A stretch of DNA of 64,000 nt from an uncultured Alphaproteobacteria bacterium (GTDB taxonomy: Bacteria > Pseudomonadota > Alphaproteobacteria > Rs-D84), in the NCBI GenBank assembly GCA_947053455.1, contig CAMRSV010000002.1:1-64000 (forward strand), in the 5' to 3' direction. Made by a program: the position numbers and the translations under genes. Of this stretch, positions 1 to 9,935 are shown piece after piece. Under the pieces are notes generated by a model that searched no databases, was not told the DNA's origin, and was given only the letters and a program-made list of their open reading frames with translations. Numbering within the stretch: position 1 is the stretch's first letter; every line of letters begins with the position of its first letter.

Positions 1-119
1 CACGATTCCCGACATTTGAAACACTGGACAGGGTACTGTGCGCGACAAAGACCACGTGGCCTGAATTTATCGAAATGATTATGTCTAAAATGCCCGAATC
101 CACCGCAACAACACATTAA
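1..119 (+). CDS. C-terminal fragment of an XRE/Cro-type HTH protein (partial at window edge)
   Basis: Frame from nt 3 reads RFPTFETLDRVLCATKTTWPEFIEMIM...stop at 117-119, resembling the RWPSTES..K.L.ATG segment of alphaproteobacterial HTH repressors; followed by a terminator. Confidence 0.45.
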   Translation, partial: RFPTFETLDRVLCATKTTWPEFIEMIMSKMPESTATTH

Positions 120-147
120 AAATCCCCGCATACCGCGGGGATTTTTT
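119..147. terminator. Bidirectional intrinsic terminator
   Basis: AAAATCCCCGC-ATACC-GCGGGGATTTTTT between convergent genes. Confidence 0.85.
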
Positions 148-161
148 ATCACAAATGCAAA

Positions 162-677
162 TTAGTTGTTTGCACTTGCGCGCTTTACTTGCTTCATGAA
201 TGCGCGATATTCATCGCGGCTGATACAGTTGTCGGAATTTACATCCATTACCGTCAACGATTCCATCATTTTCGGGCATGTGATTGTTGTCACATCCAGG
301 CACCCGTTTACAAATTCTGCACGTGGGTGACGCATGTGTTGCGGTTTGCTGAAATACAGCATTTTTGCCGCCGCAAAACCCAGTGCAAAAATAATCAGCA
401 CAATAATCAGTTTTTTGATAAAGCGACCAAACCCACCGCCGGTATGTTCCGCATGGTGTTCGCCGCAATGTCCGCCACATGCACAGTTATTTCCACAACC
501 GCACGCAAATGTTTCCGAGGCTGGCGTTACAATTTTTGTTTCAGCCGTCGCTGCCGTCGCCGTTTTCTTAACCGGTGTCTTTTTCGCCGGCGCCTTTTTC
601 ACAGCGGCCTTTTTTACCGGGGCTTTTTTTGTCGCCGTTGCCTTTGCAGCGGTTTTTTTAACAGTTTTTTGTGCCAT
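162..677 (-). CDS. Membrane protein with Lys/Ala-rich N-terminus, Cys/His cluster, one TM helix and C-terminal EF-hand-like motif
   Basis: KKAPVKK repeats; CGCGNNCACGGHCGEHH; hydrophobic helix; DVNSDNCISRDEY; SD AAGGAAGG before ATG 677. Confidence 0.7.
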   Translation of the reverse strand: MAQKTVKKTAAKATATKKAPVKKAAVKKAPAKKTPVKKTATAATAETKIVTPASETFACGCGNNCACGGHCGEHHAEHTGGGFGRFIKKLIIVLIIFALGFAAAKMLYFSKPQHMRHPRAEFVNGCLDVTTITCPKMMESLTVMDVNSDNCISRDEYRAFMKQVKRASANN

Positions 678-755
678 TTTTCCTTCCTTTTTGGTTAGCA
701 ATTCAATTGTATTCATTATAAAGTTTTAAGTAAAGAGAAATTTAATCAAATGCGA

Positions 756-781
756 AAAAATCCCCCAATCGGGGGATTTTT
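756..781 (-). terminator. Intrinsic terminator of hup
   Basis: AAAAAATCCCCC-AATC-GGGGGATTTTT just downstream of the HU stop. Confidence 0.8.
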
Positions 782-800
782 AATTTCGAAATCAATCGAT

Positions 801-1073
801 TTAGTTCAACGCATCTTTCAATGCTTTGCCCGGTTTGAATTTCGGCTGTGTGGATGCCGGAATCTTGATAGCGGCACCAGTCTGCGGGTTGCGGCCAGTT
901 GTGGCTTTACGTTTTGCAGTTGTGAATGTACCGAAACCGACCAAGCGAACTTCGCCCTTCTTTTTCAGAACTTTGGTTACAGTGTTGATGAATGCATCCA
1001 AGCAGGAAGCGGCTGTTGATTTTGTAACGTCAACTTCGTTAGCGATTGCTTCGATCAATTGCAGTTTGTTCAT
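801..1073 (-). CDS. hup: DNA-binding protein HU
   Basis: MNKLQLIEAIA...GFGTF...RKATTGRNPQTG...PKFKPGKALKD; SD GAAAGGAG. Confidence 0.97.
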   Translation of the reverse strand: MNKLQLIEAIANEVDVTKSTAASCLDAFINTVTKVLKKKGEVRLVGFGTFTTAKRKATTGRNPQTGAAIKIPASTQPKFKPGKALKDALN

Positions 1074-1305
1074 ATGTTTCTCCTTTCATAAATTTATTAA
1101 GGTGTCCCGCAGTCCACAGGCAATGTCTTTGGAATCTCTGTGTAACCGTGGGCTTTGCATTTTTATTTTTCACAACCGCCCGTATTCCAAGGACATTGCC
1201 CGTCCTGCTTACCCGAATCGTAGAGAATTCGGCCTTTTAAGTCAAGAGCATAATTAAAAAATCAAAAATTTTAATATTCTTGACAAATTTGCCAAAATAA
1301 CATAA

Positions 1306-1782
1306 TTAGCGTGATACCGCATCCGCACGTACCGCACGCGCACCCGGTGTATTGTTTTCACATAAAATCCATTCACCCTGCGCCCCTGCGATATGCACTG
1401 TCTTGAAATGGTTGGGCGTTGCCGCAACAATTATAACGATAACACCCGCCCAGAACAGCATCTTGGTAAACTGCCACGGTTTTGAAAAAGAATCACGCTT
1501 GAACTTGTCCGCAATCAGGTTTTGATACAGCGCCCACCCCCATGCAAACATCAGAACAATTGTCGCAAAGAAAAATCCGATTGTTATATAATATAAAAAT
1601 GGACGTATTGCGGTGGCGGCCTGATTCCAGATGGAAGACTCCGCGGGGCATACGTACAATTCTTGGCCGACAAATGCCGCAGGCACAGTTATAACATCGC
1701 CACCACCCATCGTCAGTCCAAACGTCGCCGCAATCGCAATCGCAGCAATCATCATAATTGCACCCATTAACATCGGCTTCAT
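1306..1782 (-). CDS. Hypothetical membrane protein
   Basis: 158 aa ORF with three hydrophobic segments; SD GGAGGG. Confidence 0.7.
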   Translation of the reverse strand: MKPMLMGAIMMIAAIAIAATFGLTMGGGDVITVPAAFVGQELYVCPAESSIWNQAATAIRPFLYYITIGFFFATIVLMFAWGWALYQNLIADKFKRDSFSKPWQFTKMLFWAGVIVIIVAATPNHFKTVHIAGAQGEWILCENNTPGARAVRADAVSR

Positions 1783-1869
1783 TTTGCATGCCCTCCACTT
1801 AACAAGTGCATTATATCACAAATAACTAATCAATTGCAATTTTAGAAAGTTTTATTTAGAATTTACATA

Positions 1870-2670
1870 ATGTTTGACCGCAAAATCAATCTTGTTGTGG
1901 GGCTAACCACTTTTGATACGCAATGGTTGCGCGTGTCGGTGCCGGCACTGGCAAAGTTGCGGCAAAAAATAATGCTGATTATTTATAATGACAATCCATG
2001 CGTACGCGTCACGCGGCGTCAAATTCGGCGCCTGGGGTATCGGGGTGCGCTGCGCGTGATTAATGGGGACAAAAATCTAGGGACAATGTGGGCGCGGTGC
2101 CGTATCGCGGATGCGGTGCGCGAAATGCGGCGGCGCCCCGAATGGATTACGTTTGTTGATGACGATGACATTTTAACCAATGCCGTTGTACCAAATGTTG
2201 CGGACAATGTATTCGCAGTTATTCAGGATTCGGTCGAATTTCATGGGCGCGTGGCGGATTTACTGCGTATTTCCCAATGCCCGGGCACCATTAACTGTAT
2301 GGATGAAAATATTGTACGCACGCGACCAAATGTCGGATTTGCCGGAATGATTGTGCGAACATCCGCCATGATTTATTTCGCAGACAAGATGCGCGACGCA
2401 TGGGGCGCCATCGCTAAAATTGACGCCGAATATGACTTTCGCCCACCCGCAGACATCGCCATGTGGACATTGGTGCAGCGCGCAGCACGCCAAATTAATC
2501 CAAACGCCACCCTGATTTATATGGACGGCGTGAATTATGTAAAAAACAATCTGGACGCAGGGGCTGTAAAATATGGTCTGACGCCGAATACGGGGCGCGG
2601 CGCGGATGCACGGGCGGCGCGCATTATTGCACGTTATACAGAATTGTTTGATGCGGCATCGGCCGCATAA
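1870..2670 (+). CDS. Glycosyltransferase family 2-like (GT-A) protein
   Basis: IIYNDN...NLG...WITFVDDDD (DxD motif). Confidence 0.65.
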   Translation: MFDRKINLVVGLTTFDTQWLRVSVPALAKLRQKIMLIIYNDNPCVRVTRRQIRRLGYRGALRVINGDKNLGTMWARCRIADAVREMRRRPEWITFVDDDDILTNAVVPNVADNVFAVIQDSVEFHGRVADLLRISQCPGTINCMDENIVRTRPNVGFAGMIVRTSAMIYFADKMRDAWGAIAKIDAEYDFRPPADIAMWTLVQRAARQINPNATLIYMDGVNYVKNNLDAGAVKYGLTPNTGRGADARAARIIARYTELFDAASAA

Positions 2671-2760
2671 TAAAAAATTCACATTTTCAAAATATTATGA
2701 TTGCATGGCGCAAATAATGTTTATAAAATTGCACCGACAAAATAAAAAGGCATATATAAA

Positions 2761-4839
2761 ATGGACTATAATTCAATCCGCAAATCATTTTTGAACTATT
2801 TTGAATCCAAGGGTCATAAAATCTTACCGTCGGCATCACTGATACCGAACGACCCGACACTGTTGTTCACGGTTGCCGGCATGGTTCCGTGGAAGGGTAT
2901 TTTGCAAGGAACCGAGTCTGCATTTGCCCCACGCGTCGCAGATGTTCAGAAATGCATCCGCGCGGGCGGCAAGCATAATGATTTGGAAGATGTCGGCATG
3001 GATGGTCGTCATCATACATTCTTTGAAATGCTAGGGAACTGGTCGTTCGGCGATTATTTCAAGGAAGGCGCGATTGAAATGTCGTGGGAACTGCTGACGC
3101 GGGTATTCGGGTTGGAACCGGAACGCATCGTCGTCACCACGCACATCAGCGATGACGAGGCAACCGCCATCTGGAAAAAAATAACGGGCAAGGATGCAAT
3201 CCGCCTAGACAAAGACAACTGGTGGTCGGCGGGCGATACCGGTCCATGTGGGCCGTGCACCGAAATGCACTATGACTTTGGCGCGGATTTACCAGGTGGC
3301 ATGCCTGGTTCACCGGACGAAGACGGTGGCCGCTTTGTTGAAATCTGGAACGATGTGTTTATGCAGTATGACCGTGATGCAAACGGTAATCTGACCGAAC
3401 TGCCAAAGCAAAATGTTGATACCGGTGCAGGGCTGGAACGCCTGGCGTCGATATTACAGGGCGTGCATGACAATTACGATACGGATTTGTTCCGTCATCT
3501 GATTTCCGCGACCGAAGACATCGTTGGCGTTAAAAAGACCGCGGAAAACACCCAATCATTCAAGGTTATCGCAGACCACCTGCGGTCGGTGGGATTTGCC
3601 ATTGCGGACGGCGTTCTGCCCGGCAATTCCGACCGCGGATATGTAATTCGCCGCATATTGCGCCGCGCAATGCGCCATGGACAGATGCTGGGGCATCGGG
3701 GGGCGTTGCTGTCGAAATTATATCCGGCGCTGATTACTGAAATGGGTGATGCGTATCCGGAATTGGCACGCGAAGAAAAACGCGTGGTTGAAATTATTCA
3801 AAACGAAGAAAATGCGTTTGCAGACATGCTGCAAAACGGCATGAAATTATTGGATGCAGAACTGCCGAAACTAAACAACGGTGTTTTACCGGGTGCGGTC
3901 GCGTTCAAGTTATTTGACACATACGGATTCCCGCTGGATTTAACCCAGATGATTTTGCGCGATAAAAACATTGATGTTGACGTCGCCGGGTTCGAGGCCG
4001 CCATGACCGAACAAAAGGAACGTTCGCGTGCCAATACCAAGGGAACAAAAGTTTTATGGGAATCGAAGACCGAATTGCCTGCAACCGACGACAGTGCGAA
4101 ATACGCACCGGTGGCGGATATGCAGTCACGTGTATTATCTATTTTGCACAACGGCGAATTTGTTAAGGCGGCAAATTCCGGTGACGAAGTGGAAGTTGCG
4201 CTGGATAAAACCAATTTCTATGGCACCCAGGGTGGCCAGGTTGGTGACGCCGGTGAAATTTTGCGTGACGGCGCCCCAGTCATGACCGTGACCGAGGCCG
4301 CCCGCGCCGACAACATCGTAATTCACAAAGGTACATTGACCTCGGATTTATCGGTGGGCGATACGGTTGTAACCAAGATTAACGATACCATGCGCCAGCA
4401 AACGGCACGTGCGCATACGGCGACCCACCTGCTGCAGGCGGCATTGCGTCATGTTTTGAACGAAGATGTCGAACAACGTGGTTCCAAGGTATCGCCGGAT
4501 TCGGTGCGATTTGACTTCTCGTTCGGGCGCGCAATGACGGCGGACGAAAAACAGGCGGTCGAAGACCTGGTTAACAAATGGATTGCGGCCGATATGCAGG
4601 TTTCGCACGAAGAAATGGGCATTGAAGATGCGCGCGCGCGCGGTGCGATGGCACTGTTTGGGGAAAAGTATGGTGATACCGTAAAGGTTATAACGGCGGG
4701 CGATGTTTCGTGTGAACTGTGCGGCGGAACACACGTGCACCACACGGGCGAAATATTAAAAGCCAAGGTGAACAAGGAAAAATCCATCAGCAGCGGTATA
4801 CGCCGCATAACGATGTCGGTCGGCACACAGGCAGACTAG
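2761..4839 (+). CDS. alaS: Alanine--tRNA ligase, C-terminally shortened (no C-Ala domain)
   Basis: DPTLLFTVAGM, HHTFFEMLGNWSFGDYFK, HTATHLL and ELCGGTH editing motifs; ends just after GIRRI. Confidence 0.97.
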   Translation: MDYNSIRKSFLNYFESKGHKILPSASLIPNDPTLLFTVAGMVPWKGILQGTESAFAPRVADVQKCIRAGGKHNDLEDVGMDGRHHTFFEMLGNWSFGDYFKEGAIEMSWELLTRVFGLEPERIVVTTHISDDEATAIWKKITGKDAIRLDKDNWWSAGDTGPCGPCTEMHYDFGADLPGGMPGSPDEDGGRFVEIWNDVFMQYDRDANGNLTELPKQNVDTGAGLERLASILQGVHDNYDTDLFRHLISATEDIVGVKKTAENTQSFKVIADHLRSVGFAIADGVLPGNSDRGYVIRRILRRAMRHGQMLGHRGALLSKLYPALITEMGDAYPELAREEKRVVEIIQNEENAFADMLQNGMKLLDAELPKLNNGVLPGAVAFKLFDTYGFPLDLTQMILRDKNIDVDVAGFEAAMTEQKERSRANTKGTKVLWESKTELPATDDSAKYAPVADMQSRVLSILHNGEFVKAANSGDEVEVALDKTNFYGTQGGQVGDAGEILRDGAPVMTVTEAARADNIVIHKGTLTSDLSVGDTVVTKINDTMRQQTARAHTATHLLQAALRHVLNEDVEQRGSKVSPDSVRFDFSFGRAMTADEKQAVEDLVNKWIAADMQVSHEEMGIEDARARGAMALFGEKYGDTVKVITAGDVSCELCGGTHVHHTGEILKAKVNKEKSISSGIRRITMSVGTQAD

Positions 4840-4844
4840 CCATC

Positions 4845-4868
4845 ATCCCCGCGGTATGCGGGGATTTT
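4845..4868. terminator. Bidirectional terminator
   Basis: ATCCCCGC-GGTAT-GCGGGGATTTTT. Confidence 0.8.
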
Positions 4869-5104
4869 TATTTTTTGTTTCCGGCGGGTGCATCATAATA
4901 TGGATTGGGTAAATCCAGCCCGCGATTTGTTGCACTAATAAAACAGATAAGTTGTATGATACTTAAATGGACATTACCGGTTCGAAATCGTTCAAATTCA
5001 GATTCCGACATACATAAATTTGTTGCCATTCCCCAATCAGATAAATTTAATTCACGCTGAATTTGTAATATTTGGTCGCGAATTGACCGTCGCGATTCAG
5101 ACAT
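4868..5104 (-). CDS. Small XRE-like HTH protein, paralog of 57632-57850
   Basis: IQRELNLSDWGMATNLCMSESEFERFRTG...QLICFISAT; SD GGGGGA; shares QLICFISAT with the paralog. Confidence 0.75.
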   Translation of the reverse strand: MSESRRSIRDQILQIQRELNLSDWGMATNLCMSESEFERFRTGNVHLSIIQLICFISATNRGLDLPNPYYDAPAGNKK

Positions 5105-5138
5105 TTTTCAATCCCCCATGTTTGCATTTAATTAAAAA

Positions 5139-5310
5139 CAAAAAACCACTGGAAAACTTTCAAGTGGTTGGAGGTTCAGAACAATCATTACGAATTGCGT
5201 GATTAGAGAACTAACCACCCTCCAACCACATGCGATTGGAGAATTTTCGTATTCTTAATACGCGTAATGATGGGTTCTGAAGCCCAATTGTCGGAATTCC
5301 CGACAACATT
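5139..5310 (-). ncRNA. Structured RNA cassette, copy A (C4/CI-like family)
   Basis: Target TTCAGAAC..ATCATTACG; closing stem GGTTGGAGG/CCTCCAACC-A; guide stem GCAAT/ATTGT with loop TCGTAATG; terminator ACCACT..AGTGGT-TTTTT. Confidence 0.75.
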
Positions 5311-5313
5311 GTT

Positions 5314-5342
5314 ATTATAATATATGCACAGCTCAAATGCAA
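5314..5342 (-). promoter_or_regulatory. Sigma70 promoter of cassette A
   Basis: TTGCAT-17 nt-TATAAT on the minus strand. Confidence 0.75.
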
Positions 5343-5522
5343 TAAAAAAACCCAGGTTACCTGGGATAAAAAACGGTTGGAGTTTCAGAACAACCATTAC
5401 GAATTGCGGGCTTATTCAATATATTCGCCACACTCCAACCTGCATAGTTGGAGATGTGTCGCCATCTCATGCGCGTAATGGTCAGTTTCTGAATACTAAC
5501 AAAAGCAACACGCCTTTGCATT
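5343..5522 (-). ncRNA. Structured RNA cassette, copy B
   Basis: Same architecture and guide sequences as A; terminator CCCAGGT-A-ACCTGGG-T7. Confidence 0.75.
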
Positions 5523-5526
5523 AAGT

Positions 5527-5555
5527 ACTATATCCTAAATTTACACAATATGCAA
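5527..5555 (-). promoter_or_regulatory. Sigma70 promoter of cassette B
   Basis: TTGCAT-17 nt-TATAGT. Confidence 0.65.
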
Positions 5556-5709
5556 TAAATAAAAATACTTGATTTTTGTCCGAAAACACTATAAACTGGG
5601 CGTCGCTGGGTAACCAGAACTGATTAAGGCACGGTGCATTTGGTCCCGATGCTGATAAGGATTCTGTTAAATATCCGGCACCTAAAAAACCAAAACAAAG
5701 GATATAAAA

Positions 5710-6342
5710 ATGGCAAGAGCTGGTGCAAAACGTAGCACTCGTAAACTGAAAATCGGCCGCGCATTAGGCGTTAACCTGTGGGGTCAGGCCAAATCTCCGT
5801 TTAACAAACGTAAATACAAACCCGGTCAGCATGGGCCGACATCTCGCGGGGGAAATTCTTCCGATTATGCAAAGCAGATGCGCGCCAAACAGACACTAAA
5901 GGGTTACTATGGTAATGTTGGCGAAAAGAAATTCCGCGCATATTACCTGGAAGCTGATAATATGAAGGGCGACACACCGGAAAACCTGATTGGTTTGCTG
6001 GAACGCCGTTTGGATGCGGTTGTGTATCGCGCAAAATTGGCACCGACAGTATTCTCTGCCCGCCAGTTGGTTAGCCACGGACACATCTATGTCAATGGCA
6101 AACGCGTAAAAATCGCCTCTTATCAGGTAAAACCGGGCGATGTCATCACCGTCAGTGAAAAGGCAAAACAAATGCCGTTGGTCGTTTTGGCGCTGGAATC
6201 GGCGGAACGCAACGTGCCGGATTACATCACGGTCGACAGCACGAATTTCACCGCGACATTCGTTCGCGTGCCGGCATTCGCCGATGTTCCATACCCGGTT
6301 CAAATGTCGCCGGAATTGGTCGTCGAATTCTATTCCCGTTAA
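5710..6342 (+). CDS. rpsD: 30S ribosomal protein S4
   Basis: [43 protein letters not shown]. Confidence 0.98.
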   Translation: MARAGAKRSTRKLKIGRALGVNLWGQAKSPFNKRKYKPGQHGPTSRGGNSSDYAKQMRAKQTLKGYYGNVGEKKFRAYYLEADNMKGDTPENLIGLLERRLDAVVYRAKLAPTVFSARQLVSHGHIYVNGKRVKIASYQVKPGDVITVSEKAKQMPLVVLALESAERNVPDYITVDSTNFTATFVRVPAFADVPYPVQMSPELVVEFYSR

Positions 6343-6360
6343 TCCGGAAATACGAAACAC

Positions 6361-6393
6361 AAAAACCGCAGTCCATCTGCGGTTTTTATTTTT
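6361..6393 (+). terminator. Intrinsic terminator after rpsD
   Basis: AAAAACCGCAG-TCCAT-CTGCGGTTTTT. Confidence 0.85.
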
Positions 6394-6472
6394 TATACGA
6401 AAAAATTATTGACAAATATAATACTATGTGTTACTTTTCGTAAAAATATTAATGTACCAAGGTAAATTTAAA

Positions 6473-6910
6473 ATGGAACCAAAAACAAATAATTTATTTT
6501 ATAGCCAAATGCTGAACCATACCGATGTGGATTTTGACACATTGGTAAAATGCGGCATAAAGTTACATATTAATAAACAAAATAACAAATTTGTCCGGGC
6601 TATTGATATACGTCAGGTTACTTCTACGGCGCTTATAGACAAGACGTTTGTAAACCTTTCCCAAAAAGAACGCATTAATTACGCGGTAAAATACATGCTT
6701 GGCCTGTACATTGATTTCGCAAAGGCGTACGCAATTGATAATAATATCGCAATTGAAAAAACATTGAAAGTTATACGCTTTAGATTATGGCAAGCCGACA
6801 TGGACCGCGATGCCGAAGAAATAATTGCAAATGCCGCGCTGCTTATGCAAACAAATATATTGAAAAACATAAAAAGCCAGATAAAAAATATAAATCAAAA
6901 CATAATATAA
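6473..6910 (+). CDS. Hypothetical AT-rich protein
   Basis: Open frame of about 145 aa with an upstream TTGACA promoter-like sequence; no recognisable motif. Confidence 0.55.
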   Translation: MEPKTNNLFYSQMLNHTDVDFDTLVKCGIKLHINKQNNKFVRAIDIRQVTSTALIDKTFVNLSQKERINYAVKYMLGLYIDFAKAYAIDNNIAIEKTLKVIRFRLWQADMDRDAEEIIANAALLMQTNILKNIKSQIKNINQNII

Positions 6911-7012
6911 GATTATATTGCCATCTGATAAATATTTTAAGCGCAATTCATTTTGCGCTTTTATTTTCATAATAAAGGAACTAAAATTCAAATCAGAAAA
7001 AAGGTTGTTATC

Positions 7013-8005
7013 ATGTCGGAAAAAATCGTATTAACCGGAATTAAGCCCACCGGTACGCCGCATCTGGGGAACTATGTCGGCGCGCTAAAGCCATTGATTG
7101 AAATGGCAAAAACAAACAAAACATTTATGTTTATCGCGGATTTGCACGCGTTGAATATAATTCGCGACCCAAAACTGATAAAACAGCATACATATGAAAT
7201 CGCGGCAATTCTGATGGCGCTGGGGCTGAATTTGGAAAATGCGGTTCTGTTCCGCCAATCAGACATAGTAGAGGTTTATCAACTGGCAACCCTGCTAATG
7301 AATGTGACGCCCAAGGGCTTGATGAACCGCGCCCATTCGTACAAGGCCGCAATGGATAAAAACGCTGCGGCGGGGCTGGATTCGGATGCAGGGGTCAATA
7401 TGGGGCTGTACACCTACCCTATTTTAATGGCGGCGGACATTTTGCTGTACGGTGCGGACGAAGTGCCGGTCGGCGCCGACCAGAAGCAGCACGTCGAATT
7501 CGCGCGCGACATTGCAGGGTACTTTAACCACACATATGGCGAAACATTCAAAATGCCCGAACCCATAATTGGCGAAAGCACCGGAATCATACCGGGGCTC
7601 GATGGTCGGAAAATGAGCAAATCATACGACAACATAATTCCACTGTTTGCAAATACATCGGAATTAAAAAAGAAAATCATGCGCATCATAACCGACAGCA
7701 AACTGCCCGAAGAGCCAAAGGATCCGGAAACTTCGACCATATTCCAATTATATCGGCATTTCGCAGATGGAGCGGAAATTGCAGAACTGCGCGAAAAATT
7801 TACTGCAGGCGGCATGGGATACGGCACCGCCAAAACAATTTTATTCGAAAAAATAGATTCTGTTTTGTCGGCGCCCCGTGCGGAATATGAACGCTTAATG
7901 GCAAATACGGCTGAAATTGATGCGGTATTAAATGCCGGTGCGGCGCGCGCCCGTGAATCGGCCGCGAAAACATTTGAACGTGTTCGCCGCGCAATGCTGG
8001 GATAA
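7013..8005 (+). CDS. trpS: Tryptophan--tRNA ligase
   Basis: TGIKPTGTPHLGNY (HIGH), YPILMAADIL, VPVGADQKQH, KMSKS. Confidence 0.97.
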   Translation: MSEKIVLTGIKPTGTPHLGNYVGALKPLIEMAKTNKTFMFIADLHALNIIRDPKLIKQHTYEIAAILMALGLNLENAVLFRQSDIVEVYQLATLLMNVTPKGLMNRAHSYKAAMDKNAAAGLDSDAGVNMGLYTYPILMAADILLYGADEVPVGADQKQHVEFARDIAGYFNHTYGETFKMPEPIIGESTGIIPGLDGRKMSKSYDNIIPLFANTSELKKKIMRIITDSKLPEEPKDPETSTIFQLYRHFADGAEIAELREKFTAGGMGYGTAKTILFEKIDSVLSAPRAEYERLMANTAEIDAVLNAGAARARESAAKTFERVRRAMLG

Positions 8006-8028
8006 TTAACCAAGGAAAGGAGAAAAAA

Positions 8029-8766
8029 ATGAAAAAAACACTTATTTGGACGGGCAGCGTAATTGGCGCAGCCGCGGTATTGGCGCTGATATTCGGCGCA
8101 ATGGAACGCGACAACACACCACGCACGATTTCGGTGACGGGCGAATGCCTTACCACCGCGCCCAAGGACAGAACGGCAATCACCCTGCGCGTGACCACAC
8201 TGGATAAATCGGCGGCCGTGTCCATGAAATCTGCATCGAACAAAATCGCCGAAATTACAAATTATCTTAAAACACTGGATGTGAAAATGCAGACGACGGA
8301 TTTCAATTCGTACGAAAAGACCGAATGGGATAGAACGGCGCAAAAATCCGTACCACTGGGGATTGAAACTACAATCGCCGTAGAAGTATCGGCATCCAAC
8401 ATTGAAACGATTGAAAAAATACTGACCCGCTTTGCCGGACAACCGAATGTGTATTCTGAAAACCTGCGCATGTTTACCAGTACGGAAACATTAAAACCAA
8501 TAATGGAAGAATGTCTGGGTGCGGCCGTTGAAAACGCACGCAGCCGTGCAAACGCATTGGCGGCGGGCGACGGACGACGCGCCGGCAAAATGGTTGCTGC
8601 CGAATATGGCGCATCCGCCGCATCTGTTGCACGCCCGACGGCAAATTTCCTACGTAGTGCAAAAATGGCCGTGACCGAAGATGCCGTTGCATATTCCGCC
8701 GGTGGCATCGTGGCCCAGGACACGCAAATAACCGTCAACGTATCGGCCGTGTTTGAAATAAAATAA
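8029..8766 (+). CDS. SIMPL/DUF541 (YggE-like) periplasmic protein
   Basis: ISVTGE...PKDR, AVENARSRANALA, C-terminal VNVSAVFEI. Confidence 0.85.
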   Translation: MKKTLIWTGSVIGAAAVLALIFGAMERDNTPRTISVTGECLTTAPKDRTAITLRVTTLDKSAAVSMKSASNKIAEITNYLKTLDVKMQTTDFNSYEKTEWDRTAQKSVPLGIETTIAVEVSASNIETIEKILTRFAGQPNVYSENLRMFTSTETLKPIMEECLGAAVENARSRANALAAGDGRRAGKMVAAEYGASAASVARPTANFLRSAKMAVTEDAVAYSAGGIVAQDTQITVNVSAVFEIK

Positions 8767-8771
8767 TCCGC

Positions 8772-9707
8772 ATGTATGAAGCCGTCGCCGAGTTTATAAA
8801 TTATCTGACGCAGACCAAGAACTATTCTGCGCACACGGCGGCGGCATACAAACGCGATTTAGACGATTTTCTGCATTTTTATCAGGACTTTGCAGGCACA
8901 AACATAACAATCCGTGAAATTACACAGGCCGACACTGTATGCTTTCGCGCATGGATGGCGTCGCGCGCGCGGCGGGGTATGGTGCATAAATCAACCGCAC
9001 GCGCATTATCGTCATTGCGCGCATTTTACAGATTTTTGGATAAAGCCCACGGGATAAAAAATTCATCAATCGGGCTTATTTCATCGCCCAAGGTGCCGCG
9101 CAAATTATCCAAGGCGATTGAAACAATTGATGTTGAACACATGAACAACGCAGTGCGCGAATTAAACGCCGACAACCCAGAAATTGCGGCGCGCGATTGG
9201 GCGCTGATTATGTTGCTGTTCGGATGCGGCCTGCGAATATCCGAGGCGTTAAATCTGCGCAATCGTGATGTTCGGGGGCGCCCCGCGGCACTGCGCATAC
9301 TGGGCAAGGGAAACAAGGAACGCATGGTGCCGGTATTGGAACCCGTATATGATGCAATTGAAAAATATATGAATGTGCGCACCGGCGCGGTGGGCGCCGA
9401 CGATGAAATATTCCGCAGTGTGCGTGGATTGCCCATGTCACCACGAATGGCGGAAAAAGTTGTGGAAAAACTGCGCATTTATCTGCAATTGCCAGATTAT
9501 GTCACACCGCATGCATTGCGTCATACATTTGCAACGGCACTGCTGGCGGGCGGCGTTGATTTGCGTAGTCTGCAGGAATTGCTGGGGCATTCATCATTAT
9601 CCACGACACAATTGTACACCAAGGTTGACATGTCGGAAATAATGAAAATATACAACCATGCCCACCCGCGTGCGGAAAACAACGCAGATGCGGATACAGA
9701 ATCCTAA
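8772..9707 (+). CDS. xerC: Tyrosine recombinase XerC
   Basis: YSAHTAAAYKRDL, GLRISE, GKGNKER, TPHALRHTFAT, LLGHSSLSTTQLYT. Confidence 0.9.
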   Translation: MYEAVAEFINYLTQTKNYSAHTAAAYKRDLDDFLHFYQDFAGTNITIREITQADTVCFRAWMASRARRGMVHKSTARALSSLRAFYRFLDKAHGIKNSSIGLISSPKVPRKLSKAIETIDVEHMNNAVRELNADNPEIAARDWALIMLLFGCGLRISEALNLRNRDVRGRPAALRILGKGNKERMVPVLEPVYDAIEKYMNVRTGAVGADDEIFRSVRGLPMSPRMAEKVVEKLRIYLQLPDYVTPHALRHTFATALLAGGVDLRSLQELLGHSSLSTTQLYTKVDMSEIMKIYNHAHPRAENNADADTES

Positions 9708-9741
9708 ATAAATTTGCATCCACTAATTTTTATGATATAAT

Positions 9742-9912
9742 GCACAACGCAAAGGGAAACCGGCGCATGGGTATGATAACCCATCCAGTGTGTCTGAAAA
9801 GACATTAAATAAAACTCCATTGGTTGGAGGGTCGTGAATATATTGAATAAGCGACACTATCACTGGTAGTTATCATCCTCCAGCCGTTTGGTTTTTCCAA
9901 ACGGCGTTTGTT
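9742..9912 (+). ncRNA. Structured RNA cassette, copy C
   Basis: Promoter TTGCAT-16-TATAAT upstream; target ATGATAAC..CCAGTG; stem GGTTGGAGG/CCTCCAGCC; guide CACTGG and GTTATCAT; terminator GCCGTTTGG/CCAAACGGC. Confidence 0.75.
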
Positions 9913-9935
9913 TAACCAAAAACATGGAGTGAAAA

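Noticed and set aside
7414-8442. 342-aa minus-strand ORF, and similar antisense ORFs such as 56559-57371 and 17382-18074
   Set aside because: Shadow frames of well-supported genes on the opposite strand.
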